Source of the DNA: an uncultured Candidatus Saccharibacteria bacterium
GTDB lineage: Bacteria; Patescibacteriota; UBA1384; JACPKC01
DNA length: 64,000 nt
Direction of reading: 5' to 3'
Assembly: GCA_964423885.1 (NCBI GenBank)
Contig: CAYRGD010000002.1
Span: 82,128-146,127, forward strand
The translations under genes were made by a program, and so were the position numbers. Positions 55,975-64,000 of this stretch are shown in pieces. How positions within the stretch are numbered: the stretch's first letter is position 1; the number at the start of each line of letters is the position of its first letter. A model generated the notes under the pieces. The model saw only the letters and a list, made by a program, of their open reading frames with translations. It had not been told where the DNA came from and ran no database searches.

Positions 55975-57677
55975 TGGACGAAATCCTCTATCTCGAGCCG
56001 GACGAGGAAATCACCTCGGTCATCGACAAGCTCAAGGATCTGCCGGGCGCGTCGGTTGCGTTGGTGCTGCCGAAACATGCCCAGCTCGCGTCGAGCGTAG
56101 TTAACCTGCGCCTGCTGCAAGCCGAGGCGAAAAAGCGCAAGAAGACGGTGGCGATCGTTACGCACGACAAAGTGGGCATGAAATTGGCCGCCCATGTCGG
56201 TATCCCTGTGTACAGATCCGTGACGGACGATACGCCGGTGACACCCGATGTCGGCCCCCGGCCGCCAGTCGACGACGTCGTGGAGCTGCACGAGGAGCCG
56301 CTCGTGCCGGTGGTTGCCGATGAGCCTGCCGAGAGTACCGACGATACTGACGATACGGCCGACGAGGTCGCGGATAGTCCGGTTCCCGTCAAGCGCTACG
56401 ACCAGCCGGCACCGCGGCCGCGCCCTATCCCCGAGACTCCCGCCCCGGTTGTTCCAGCTCCTGACAGTGCGCCGGAGCCTGTGGTGCCTGCTGCTCCCGC
56501 CAAGCAACGCCCGGCTGCGTCGCGCGCCCGATTCATCGGCATCCTGTGCGCGGCGCTCGTCCTGCTCGGTGCCGGCTCGTGGTGGCTGCTCATTGGCAAC
56601 TGGCACGCCGACGCCCGGATCGCGCTTGTGAGCGACCCGTACGAAGCCAAGACGACGCTCGTGGTCGACAATGCCGTGGCTGCCGTCGACGAGACATCGG
56701 GCATCCTGCCGGGCCAACGGATCGAAGCCACCGTCGAGAAAACCGCTTCGTTCCCGGCAACTGGCAAGAAAGACGTCGGCACGAAAGCGTCCGGGACGGT
56801 TACGGTGAGCAACCGCCTGGGCGAGCCGGTCAATCTGGCCGCTGGGACGCGCTTCGACCGCGACGGCTTGGCGTTCGTCTCGACCGAGGCTGCGACGGTG
56901 CCGGCTGCGACGGTGGCGCTCGATGCGGGCGGCAACGTGGTTGTCAAACCCGGTACGGCTACCGTCCGTGTCGAATCGACCGCTGCCGGCGACCAGTACA
57001 ACGTGGCGCCCGGCGCGTTCACGATCACCAGCCTTTCGGCGTCGCAACGCGAGAAAGTAACCGCTTCGAACCAAGCAGTCTTCGCGGGCGGATCGAGCAA
57101 GACCATGCAGGTCGTGACCGACGCGGATATCGACCGTGCCAAGCAATCACTTGTCGACCAAACCAAGAGCGAGCTCGTCGACGCGCTCCGTCAGCAGTCG
57201 CCGCAGCTCACGGTGCTTGCGGACGGCACCGCTTTCGACATTGTCGCGTCATCAGCTGATAAAGAGTCGGGCAGCGAGGCCGATACGCTTTCGGTGACTG
57301 CCACTGTCCGCGGCCGGGCGGTCGGGTTCACGCCGGGCGACTACCAGCGGCTCGTGGTGACATTGGCTGGTCAAGGTGCGCCCGAAGGCAAGCAGGTAGT
57401 ATCGAGCAGCGGCGATGCGATCGACACCGCTGTCGCGACGGCCGACGTGGCCCAAGGGAAACTGACGCTGACCGCGACGCTCCATACGAAGCTGGTCGCA
57501 ACGTTCGATACCGCATCGCTCGCAGCCGAGATCGCCGGTAAGACGGTCGGACAGGCGCAACAGCTGCTCGGCGCGCATGAGGGCGTCGTCTCGGCGACGG
57601 TCACCGTATCCCCTGCGATCCGCTCGCGGCTGCCGAACGATGCTGCCAAGATCACGATCACGCCCGAGGGCCAGTAG
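55971..57677 (+). CDS. Uncharacterised bitopic membrane protein (568 aa) in the position normally occupied by ftsZ. N-terminal cytoplasmic domain, Pro/Asp-rich linker, one TM, and a large extracytoplasmic beta-rich domain.
   Basis: ATGA overlap with the ftsA stop. MMDEILYLEPDEEITSVIDKLKDLPGASVALVLPKHAQLASSVVNLRLLQAEAKKRKKTVAIVTHDKVGMKLAAHVGIPVY. Then the P-rich linker PVTPDVGPRPP...PAPRPRPIPETPAPVVPAPDSAPEPVVPAAPAKQRP. Then the TM helix FIGILCAALVLLGAGSWWLLIGNW, followed by ~350 aa rich in T/V/A. No tubulin GGGTGSG motif, so it is not FtsZ. Confidence 0.6.
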   Translation: MMDEILYLEPDEEITSVIDKLKDLPGASVALVLPKHAQLASSVVNLRLLQAEAKKRKKTVAIVTHDKVGMKLAAHVGIPVYRSVTDDTPVTPDVGPRPPVDDVVELHEEPLVPVVADEPAESTDDTDDTADEVADSPVPVKRYDQPAPRPRPIPETPAPVVPAPDSAPEPVVPAAPAKQRPAASRARFIGILCAALVLLGAGSWWLLIGNWHADARIALVSDPYEAKTTLVVDNAVAAVDETSGILPGQRIEATVEKTASFPATGKKDVGTKASGTVTVSNRLGEPVNLAAGTRFDRDGLAFVSTEAATVPAATVALDAGGNVVVKPGTATVRVESTAAGDQYNVAPGAFTITSLSASQREKVTASNQAVFAGGSSKTMQVVTDADIDRAKQSLVDQTKSELVDALRQQSPQLTVLADGTAFDIVASSADKESGSEADTLSVTATVRGRAVGFTPGDYQRLVVTLAGQGAPEGKQVVSSSGDAIDTAVATADVAQGKLTLTATLHTKLVATFDTASLAAEIAGKTVGQAQQLLGAHEGVVSATVTVSPAIRSRLPNDAAKITITPEGQ

Positions 57678-57680
57678 CGA

Positions 57681-58055
57681 ATGGCGACGCTCGCGCTTGA
57701 TTTAGGGGAACGCCGTGTCGGCGTAGCGGTCAACGAGGTCGGCGGCATCGTCTTGCCGCTGCCGACCGTCGCGGTGGACACGGCCGAGTCGTTGGTTGCC
57801 GAGGTCGGCCTGATCGTAGCGGAACGGAATGTGGATACGATCGTGATCGGTTCGACCCGGCCCGGATCGGCGCTCGACGCACTGAAGATCTTGCTGGCTG
57901 ACCGGATCGGGGTGCGGCTGGTGGAAATCGACGAGGCGCTTACCTCAAAAGAAGCCGAGCGGCAGTTGAGTGCGCAGGGACAGCGCGGCGATACCGACGC
58001 CGTGGCAGCGCAGTTGCTGCTCGAACAATACCTGGCCGAACGGGCGGCCGAATGA
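57681..58055 (+). CDS. ruvX: RuvX/YqgF Holliday-junction-resolvase-like putative pre-16S rRNA nuclease
   Basis: MATLALDLGERRVGVAVNEVGGIVLPL... matches LGLDxGxKRIGVAxSD. 124 aa. Confidence 0.8.
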   Translation: MATLALDLGERRVGVAVNEVGGIVLPLPTVAVDTAESLVAEVGLIVAERNVDTIVIGSTRPGSALDALKILLADRIGVRLVEIDEALTSKEAERQLSAQGQRGDTDAVAAQLLLEQYLAERAAE

Positions 58056-58891
58056 TGAAGAAGGCCTTGATCCTCTTAGTGGTACTGGTCGTGGGCGGCA
58101 TCCTGGCTCTTGCCGGTGCCTACACATGGTACCGCGCCCACCGCAGCCCGGTCGTCCACGAACTGCCGCCGGTGACCGAATACACGGTGACGTTCCCCGA
58201 AGGCTGGCGGACCGAGGAGATGGCGCTCCGCCTCAAGGAATCCGGTGTTCTGGCGACCGCTGCCAGTTACCTTACGGCCGCCGCCGGGCCAGTCCAAACG
58301 CTTGCCGCGCGCGGCATCACGGTTCTCACCGGCTCGAACCTGACCGGATTCCTGTTCCCGGACACGTACCGGTTCCTGCCCGACACCGATCCCGATACCG
58401 TGGTTGCGAAACAGGTGGCGACCTTCCTGACCCGTACTGATGGCCTCATGCTTACCTATGACGACGTGATCCTAGCCTCGATCGTGGAACGCGAGGCCAA
58501 GTTCGACGACGACCGGGCAGCGATCGCCGGCGTCTACGCGAACCGTCTCAAGATCGGCATGGGCTTGCAGGCCGATCCCACAGTGCAGTATGCGCTCGCC
58601 AATACGGTTGACGACTGTACGGCAGCGATCGATACCGCCGCCTGTGCCGGTAAAGCCTGGTGGCGCGAGCTCACCCGCGCCGATATCAACGACACCGTGT
58701 CGCCGTACAACACCTACAAGCAGGCCGGCCTGCCGCCCACGCCGATCTGTAACCCTGGGCTCGCTTCGCTCAAGGCGGCGGCCGAACCGGCTGCCCACGG
58801 CTATTATTATTTCGTGACGGACAAGGACGGCCACGCGCATTTCGCGGCGACCTTGGCCGAGCATAACCGGAACGTGGCCACGTACCGATAA
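58052..58891 (+). CDS. mltG: Endolytic murein transglycosylase MltG (YceG-like)
   Basis: ATGA overlap. N-terminal TM MMKKALILLVVLVVGGILALAGA ... TVTFPEGWRTEEMALRLKESGV... and YYYFV...DGHAHF are YceG-family motifs. Confidence 0.8.
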   Translation: MMKKALILLVVLVVGGILALAGAYTWYRAHRSPVVHELPPVTEYTVTFPEGWRTEEMALRLKESGVLATAASYLTAAAGPVQTLAARGITVLTGSNLTGFLFPDTYRFLPDTDPDTVVAKQVATFLTRTDGLMLTYDDVILASIVEREAKFDDDRAAIAGVYANRLKIGMGLQADPTVQYALANTVDDCTAAIDTAACAGKAWWRELTRADINDTVSPYNTYKQAGLPPTPICNPGLASLKAAAEPAAHGYYYFVTDKDGHAHFAATLAEHNRNVATYR

Positions 58892-58908
58892 CCGATATAG
58901 GAGGGACG

Positions 58909-61518
58909 ATGAACGCAGCGAAGGCATACGGTTTGTATCGGCGCAGCCTGGCCGTTGCACTGCTCCTACTGCTGCAGGTACTCGCGCTCGATCTGACCGC
59001 GCCGCGGGAATCCGGCAACAACGATACTGCCACTGCCCAAGCCGCCTACGCCACCCTCCCGCTCGCCTTCGAACCGAACGTAGGTCAGGCCGACGGCGCG
59101 GTCGACTTCCTTGTCCACCACGGCCAGGCCGTGACGGCGTTTTCTAGTACCGGTACGACCACGAGCGTCGGCGGGAAGCAGGTGACGATGGCGTTGAAGA
59201 ATGCGGACGAACAAGATTTCAGTGGTACCGACGAACTCCAATCCAAAACCAATTACTTCCTTGGCAACGACGAAAGCCAGTGGCAATCGGATATCCCGAA
59301 CTACGGCAAATTATTAGCCAAAGACATATATCCAGGTATCGATCTGGCCTACTACGGCACGAACTCGCAGCTGGAACATGATTTCATCGTTGCTCCGGGT
59401 GTCGATTACAAACAAATCGCGTTCGGCTTTACCGGGCAGGACGATCTGGCCTTAGACGATGACGGCAACCTCGTTTTGAAAGCCGGTGACGATACCCTGA
59501 CCCTCAACGCCCCGGTCACCTACCAGACCGATACCAATTCGAAACACACCATCCCGAGCAGCTTCGAACTCAAGAACGGCACCGTCACGATTGCCGTAGC
59601 GGATACGTACGACCCGGCGAAGCCGCTGATCATCGATCCGGTGTTGTCGCTCGTGTATTCCACCTACTTAGGAGGAAGCGGGGGTGATCAGGGTAGTAGC
59701 ATTGCTGTCGATGCAAGCGGCAATGTCTATGTCACCGGCACCACGAGCTCGGCCAATTTTCCGACCGCCTCACCGTTCCAGGGGAGTCGCAATGGCAGCG
59801 ACGACATTTTTATCGCCAAGCTCAACCCGTTAGGCTCCGCGCTCGTCTACTCGACGTATTTGGGCGGGAGTACTGGCGGCGAAGCTCCGTACAGTATCGC
59901 CGTCGATGTTGACGGCAATGCATACGTGATTGGAATCACCAACTCCAGCAACTTCCCTACGATGTCGCCGTTCCAAGGAAGCTTGAGCGGCTCCCAAGAC
60001 GCCTTCGTTACGAAGCTCAATCCAGGTGGTTCGGCGCTCGTGTATTCTACGTATTTGGGTGGGAGTGATGCCGAAACGGGATATGGGATCGCTGCCGATG
60101 CGAACGGTAACGCGTACGTGACGGGCAATACTTCCTCCGCTAACTTCCCGACTGTCTCGCCGTTCCAGGCAGTAAGATCGGGTGCCACCGATGCCTACGT
60201 CGCGAAGTTCAACTCGTCAGGCTCTGCGCTTGTGTACTCGACATACCTCGGGGGGAGCTCGACCGATGGTGGCGTAGCCATTGCTGTTGATGCAAGCAGT
60301 AGTGCGTACGTGACCGGTCTGACCAACTCCACCAACTTCCCGACCGCCTCTCCTTTCCAGGCGAGTTACGGTGGATCGGGGGACGTATTTCTTGCCAAAT
60401 TCAATGCCACTGGTTCTGCCTTGACGTATGCCACATACCTCGGCGGGAGCGCCAGCGAATTACCATACTACGGCATGGCGGTCGACAGTGTCGGGAATGC
60501 GTATATCGCTGGTTCGACCAACTCGACCGATTTCCCGACTGAATCGCCGGTGCAGGCCAGTAAGAGTGCCGGCAACGATGCCTTCGTCACCAAGTTCGAT
60601 CCTTCTGGTTCTGCACTCGTCTACTCGACATACTTAGGAGGGAGTGAGCCGCACGCAAGCTTTAGCGATACGGCTTCCGCCGTTGCCGCCGACTCAGCGG
60701 GCAATGCCTATGTCACCGGCTTTACATATTCGACCGATTTCCCGACCAGCAATCCTCTCCAAGGATCGGGGAGTGGTAACGGTGATGCTTTTGTCACGAA
60801 ACTTAATCCGTCAGGCTCCGCACTTGTCTATTCGACATATATTGGGGGAAGCGATAATGATGGGGGTAGGGGTATCGCGGTCGGTTTGAACGGCGACGCG
60901 TACGTCACGGGTAGTACTTCCTCCACCAACTTCCCGACTATGTCACCGATGCAGGCGGTAAATGCGGGGAATGGCGACGTTTTCATTACCCGACTCACCG
61001 AACACAACGTCGACCTTGAGGCCCGCGTGAATCCCACCCTCACCTTTACCGTCGGCAGCACGAGTTGCGCTCTTGGCACGCTCTCGGCCACCCAGACCCA
61101 GCAGTGCACATATACGCTGTCCGCAGCCACGAACGGGGAATCCGGGTACGGCATTTCGTATCTGCCAGCGGCGACGTTAACCAGTGGCGGGAATACGATT
61201 ACAGCGCTAGGTTCTCCGACTGCCAGTACGCTCAATACCGAACAGTTCGGGTTGAACTTGGCAGCCAATACCGCAGCGGGCTCGCATACAGCCACGGACT
61301 TCGGTGCTGCTCCGTCGGGCGGAAGTGGTGCTGCGGCAGCCAACTACGCCACGGCCAACTCGTTCAAGTTCACGACGGCCGGTGACCAAGTCGCGTCGTC
61401 GGCCGGTCCGTCGCTCGCGACCACGTACACTGTGTCGACGATCGCCAACATCGGGAACACGACGGAGGCCGGGGCGTACAGCACAGCGATTACCTTCAAC
61501 ATCGTAGCGGGGTATTAA
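58909..61518 (+). CDS. Secreted protein with ~10 tandem SBBP-type beta-propeller repeats (~52 aa each) and an N-terminal DUF-like domain
   Basis: RBS AGGAGGGA. Signal peptide MNAAKAYGLYRRSLAVALLLLLQVLA. Repeats of the type ALVYSTYLGGS..G.GIAVD..GNAYVTG.T.S.NFPT.SPFQ.S..G..DAFVTKLNP.GS occur 10 times. Confidence 0.7.
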   Translation: MNAAKAYGLYRRSLAVALLLLLQVLALDLTAPRESGNNDTATAQAAYATLPLAFEPNVGQADGAVDFLVHHGQAVTAFSSTGTTTSVGGKQVTMALKNADEQDFSGTDELQSKTNYFLGNDESQWQSDIPNYGKLLAKDIYPGIDLAYYGTNSQLEHDFIVAPGVDYKQIAFGFTGQDDLALDDDGNLVLKAGDDTLTLNAPVTYQTDTNSKHTIPSSFELKNGTVTIAVADTYDPAKPLIIDPVLSLVYSTYLGGSGGDQGSSIAVDASGNVYVTGTTSSANFPTASPFQGSRNGSDDIFIAKLNPLGSALVYSTYLGGSTGGEAPYSIAVDVDGNAYVIGITNSSNFPTMSPFQGSLSGSQDAFVTKLNPGGSALVYSTYLGGSDAETGYGIAADANGNAYVTGNTSSANFPTVSPFQAVRSGATDAYVAKFNSSGSALVYSTYLGGSSTDGGVAIAVDASSSAYVTGLTNSTNFPTASPFQASYGGSGDVFLAKFNATGSALTYATYLGGSASELPYYGMAVDSVGNAYIAGSTNSTDFPTESPVQASKSAGNDAFVTKFDPSGSALVYSTYLGGSEPHASFSDTASAVAADSAGNAYVTGFTYSTDFPTSNPLQGSGSGNGDAFVTKLNPSGSALVYSTYIGGSDNDGGRGIAVGLNGDAYVTGSTSSTNFPTMSPMQAVNAGNGDVFITRLTEHNVDLEARVNPTLTFTVGSTSCALGTLSATQTQQCTYTLSAATNGESGYGISYLPAATLTSGGNTITALGSPTASTLNTEQFGLNLAANTAAGSHTATDFGAAPSGGSGAAAANYATANSFKFTTAGDQVASSAGPSLATTYTVSTIANIGNTTEAGAYSTAITFNIVAGY

Positions 61519-61575
61519 CCGCCCTCTTTACGCGGGCGGCGCGCGCCGGTAGTGTCAGGGCTCTGGAGGTTGGGC

Positions 61576-62625
61576 GTGCTGGGACGACTCTTCGGCTTCA
61601 TGGCGCATGATATCGGGATCGACCTGGGCACGGCCAACACGCTCGTGTACGTGAAGGGTCGCGGGATCGTGATGAACGAGCCGTCCGTGGTGGCGATCAA
61701 CCAACGGACACGTTCGATTTTGGCGATCGGCGACGAGGCGCGGAAAATGGTCGGGCGGACGCCGGCGCACATCGTGGCGATCCGGCCATTGGTCGACGGG
61801 GTCGTGTCGGATTTCGAGGTGACCGAACAGATGCTCAAGTACTTCGTGTCGCGCGTGCAGCCGGCGCGCCTGGGGCCGTTCTCGCGCCCGCGTGTGGTGG
61901 TGGGGATCCCCTACGGCGTCACCGAGGTGGAGCGCCGCGCGGTCGAGGAAGCGGCGATGAACGCCGGTGCGCGCGAGGTATACCTGATCGAAGAACCGGT
62001 GGCTGCAGCAATCGGCGCCCGGCTGCCGATCCAAGAACCCGGTGGCAGCTTTATCGTGGATATCGGGGGCGGTACGACCGAGGTCGCGGTCATTTCGCTG
62101 GGCGGGATCGTGGCGAGCCGGTCGCTGCGGATCGCGGGCGACGAGCTGACCGAAGACATCAAGCAGTTCGCGCGCGACGAATTGAATTTGCTCATCGGCG
62201 ACCGGATGGCCGAGGACATCAAGCTCCAGCTCGGCTCGGCGATGCCGTTCTCGTCGAAGCCCGAAGCCGTGCCGATCCGCGGCCGCGACTTGGTGTCTGG
62301 CCTGCCGCGCGAACTCTTTATTACCGACGACCAGGTACGGGCCGCGCTGGCGCGCTCGATCGCCCAGATCGTGGCCGCGGTCAAGGCGACGATCGAGGAA
62401 ACGCCGCCCGAGCTGGTAGCCGACCTCATGGTTCGTGGCATTACGATAGCCGGCGGTGGGGCGTTGCTCCGCGGCCTGGCGCAGTTGCTGCACCAACAAA
62501 CCGGCACCAGTATCCACGTAGCCGAGGATCCGTTGACGACCGTGGTGCGCGGCACGGGCATCGTGCTCGAAGACCTGGACGCGCTCCGGCCGGTGCTGCT
62601 GCCGAGCGAGTGGGGGACGCGCTGA
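61576..62625 (+). CDS. mreB: Rod-shape-determining protein MreB
   Basis: GTG 61576 lies 5 nt after GGAGGT; VLGRLFGFMAHDIGIDLGTANTLVYVKGRGIVMNEPSVVAI... aligns by eye with the E. coli MreB N-terminus; ~349 aa. The ORF-track start at 61552 is also possible. Confidence 0.9.
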   Translation: MLGRLFGFMAHDIGIDLGTANTLVYVKGRGIVMNEPSVVAINQRTRSILAIGDEARKMVGRTPAHIVAIRPLVDGVVSDFEVTEQMLKYFVSRVQPARLGPFSRPRVVVGIPYGVTEVERRAVEEAAMNAGAREVYLIEEPVAAAIGARLPIQEPGGSFIVDIGGGTTEVAVISLGGIVASRSLRIAGDELTEDIKQFARDELNLLIGDRMAEDIKLQLGSAMPFSSKPEAVPIRGRDLVSGLPRELFITDDQVRAALARSIAQIVAAVKATIEETPPELVADLMVRGITIAGGGALLRGLAQLLHQQTGTSIHVAEDPLTTVVRGTGIVLEDLDALRPVLLPSEWGTR

Positions 62626-63410
62626 AGCCGCGGACGGTACTGGCGGCAGTCGCGATGGCGGTACTGCTGTGCGTGGCCGGGGCGACGCTTCCGCCGGTGC
62701 GGTCGGCTGCGAGGCGTCTTGCGTCGCTCGGTGCGCCGTTCTACCGGACGACGCTCGGACTCAAGCGGCTCGCAGCCAGTATCCGCGAGATCGGGCAGCT
62801 GCGCGCACGCGTCGCCGAACTGGAAGCCGAGAACCGCGAACTTGCGAGCGCCCGAATCGCGGCCGACGAACGCGGTGTCGAGGCGGGGTTGTCGGACAAG
62901 CAAGCGACGGCCGCCGCGACGGTTCTGCCTGGTGCGCAGCCGGTCGTTGCCCGGGTACTGTTCCGCGCGCCGAGCGGCCTCTTGGACGCGGTCACGATCG
63001 ACAAAGGTGCGCGCGACGGCGTCCAGATCCATGACGCGGTGTTGGTCGACGGCTTCTTCGCCGGCAGCGTCACCAGCACCGGCGACGGGACAGCCCAGGT
63101 ACTTCTGGCCACGAATCCGTCGCTGCTCACGCCCGTGCTGTTTGCCAAGGGCCGCGCCCAGGGCCTGCTCCGCGCCAACCTCGAAGGTTTGATCGTGTCC
63201 GATGTGCCCAGTAGTGCGGACATCGCCTCGGGCGAGGCGGTGCTGACGAACGGCATCGGCGGCACGGTGCCGCCGGGCATCCCGATCGGCACGGTCGACA
63301 GCATCCTATCCGACCGGTCGGACATCCTGAAGCGTGTCCGGATCGTCTCGCCGGTGCCGTTCCGCGCGCTTGCCTACGTCGCGGTGGTGCACATGGGGGC
63401 AACGCCGTGA
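62610..63410 (+). CDS. mreC: Rod-shape-determining protein MreC
   Basis: GTG start overlapping the mreB end. N-terminal TM, then the coiled coil ...LKRLAASIREIGQLRARVAELEAENRELAS..., then a beta-rich C-terminus. Position between mreB and mreD. Confidence 0.75.
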   Translation: MGDALKPRTVLAAVAMAVLLCVAGATLPPVRSAARRLASLGAPFYRTTLGLKRLAASIREIGQLRARVAELEAENRELASARIAADERGVEAGLSDKQATAAATVLPGAQPVVARVLFRAPSGLLDAVTIDKGARDGVQIHDAVLVDGFFAGSVTSTGDGTAQVLLATNPSLLTPVLFAKGRAQGLLRANLEGLIVSDVPSSADIASGEAVLTNGIGGTVPPGIPIGTVDSILSDRSDILKRVRIVSPVPFRALAYVAVVHMGATP

Positions 63411-63880
63411 CACCCGCTGTGATCGTCGCCGTTGCGGTTGCCACGGTTGTCGTCCAGGTGACGGCGCTCGCGGCCTGGCCGATCTTCGGCGGCCAGCCGC
63501 ACCTTATCGCAGTGGGGGCCGCGCTATTCCTGGCGTTCCGTCGCCCGGCCGACGGCCTGTGGTGGGTGTTGGCAGGCGGCGCTCTGTTCGACCTGCTGCT
63601 GCCGGCCCGGGTCGGGACGACGCTCGTGCCGCTGCTTGTCGCGTACCTGGCGCTGGCCGCTGCTGCGCGGTGGGTCGTGGAAACGTATCCGTGGCTCGGC
63701 GGGATCGCTGCCGCGCTCGTCTTGCTTGTTGCCACTGAACTGCCGCTGGCCGCCATGACCGGCGGGTGGCGCCAGTTCGGCCACGACCTGGCTGCCGGCG
63801 CAGCCATTGTCGCTGCAAGCACGCTGGTACTGGCATCGGCCGGCGTCCGGCCGGACAGGGGGCCGCATGTCGGTCTTTGA
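63407..63880 (+). CDS. mreD: Rod-shape-determining protein MreD
   Basis: GTGA overlap with the mreC stop; 157 aa polytopic, MTPAVIVAVAVATVVVQVTALAAWPIFGGQPHLIAVGAALFLAFRRP...; position after mreC. Confidence 0.65.
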   Translation: MTPAVIVAVAVATVVVQVTALAAWPIFGGQPHLIAVGAALFLAFRRPADGLWWVLAGGALFDLLLPARVGTTLVPLLVAYLALAAAARWVVETYPWLGGIAAALVLLVATELPLAAMTGGWRQFGHDLAAGAAIVAASTLVLASAGVRPDRGPHVGL

Positions 63881-64000
63881 GCCGACCGGCTCGCTCGGCA
63901 CCATGCCGGAGCGCGACGAGGAATTTTCCTGGACCGCGCCCGACGACGAGACGATCCCGATCGAACGGGATGCCCCGTTGCCGCTCGCGCGACTGTTCGC
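63867..64000 (+). CDS. Partial ORF (N-terminus only) after mreD, possibly penicillin-binding protein 2 / another elongasome component; runs off the window end
   Basis: ATG at 63867 overlaps the mreD end. MSVFEPTGSLGTMPERDEEF... Too short to assign. The pbp2 suggestion rests only on the conserved mreBCD-mrdA order. Confidence 0.3.
   Translation, partial: MSVFEPTGSLGTMPERDEEFSWTAPDDETIPIERDAPLPLARLF

Noticed and set aside
55566-57146. 526-aa ORF antisense to the ftsA-downstream bitopic protein gene
   Set aside because: Extremely Arg-rich (RRRSRHRRS…) antisense artefact. The sense frame has an ATGA-coupled start, a TM helix and a coherent domain layout.
61555-62517. 320-aa ORF antisense to mreB
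   Set aside because: Antisense artefact opposite an unmistakable MreB.
1-64000. Search for CRISPR arrays, IS elements, integrases, toxin-antitoxin pairs or known defence genes
   Set aside because: No direct-repeat/spacer periodicity and no transposase/recombinase motifs (DDE, tyrosine or serine recombinase) were seen in any frame. No nuclease/helicase modules beyond recG/comM/ruv.

Overview
This is a high-GC (~65%) bacterial chromosomal window with dense, mostly housekeeping coding and many 4-nt ATGA/GTGA start-stop overlaps. Genes recognised from motifs in the translated ORFs are listed below. The supplied ORF track only reports complete ORFs and prefers the most upstream start, so several starts were re-placed at internal ATG/GTG codons with Shine-Dalgarno-like sequences. 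One gene running off the window start was added by reading the minus strand directly. Many long Arg/Gly-rich ORFs antisense to real genes are GC-frame artefacts. No CRISPR array, IS element, integrase or recognisable defence system is seen.

- Surface/adhesin operon (minus strand, 1..6123): a Kelch beta-propeller protein, a 1311-aa surface protein with FN3-like domains, four tandem cadherin-like ~95-aa repeats and a C-terminal LATTG sortase-type anchor, and a small bitopic protein.
- Translation and carbon uptake: lepA; a dabA(DUF2309)-dabB putative inorganic-carbon pump pair.
- Metal homeostasis: znuABC; a Fur/Zur-family regulator leading a small operon (4-TM protein, FNR-like flavoreductase, small protein) and divergent from a CooC/MinD-type ATPase plus a Cys-containing small protein, across an AT-rich TGCA-repeat candidate operator.
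- Oxidative pentose-phosphate operon zwf-gnd-pgl led by a LUD-domain gene, divergent from an hxlR-family regulator across a perfect 17-bp inverted repeat.
- Chaperone operon grpE-dnaK-lipoprotein-dnaJ(J-domain, no Zn finger).
- DNA uptake and recombination: a split comEC (membrane core plus separate MBL-domain ORF), comEA, comM/yifB, recG, ruvA, ruvC, ruvX.
- Sugar cluster: galE-like epimerase, galT, GH130, HAD-IIB phosphatase, two tandem GT4 glycosyltransferases.
- Other housekeeping: yebC, miaA, rsuA-family, secG, an orphan family-5 SBP, rpsA (short, 4 S1 domains), a secreted PHP-domain protein, nrnA, an SLT-domain transglycosylase, alaS (604 aa, lacking the C-Ala domain).
- Division/shape cluster: ftsA followed not by ftsZ but by an uncharacterised 568-aa bitopic protein, then mltG, an SBBP beta-propeller-repeat secreted protein, mreBCD and the start of a further gene.
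- Nine tRNA genes, all with encoded CCA, including four tRNA-Leu isoacceptors.
- A ~1.2-kb low-GC islet (CPBP protease + GrpB) lies between tRNA-Leu(CAG) and a bidirectional terminator/tRNA-Phe.
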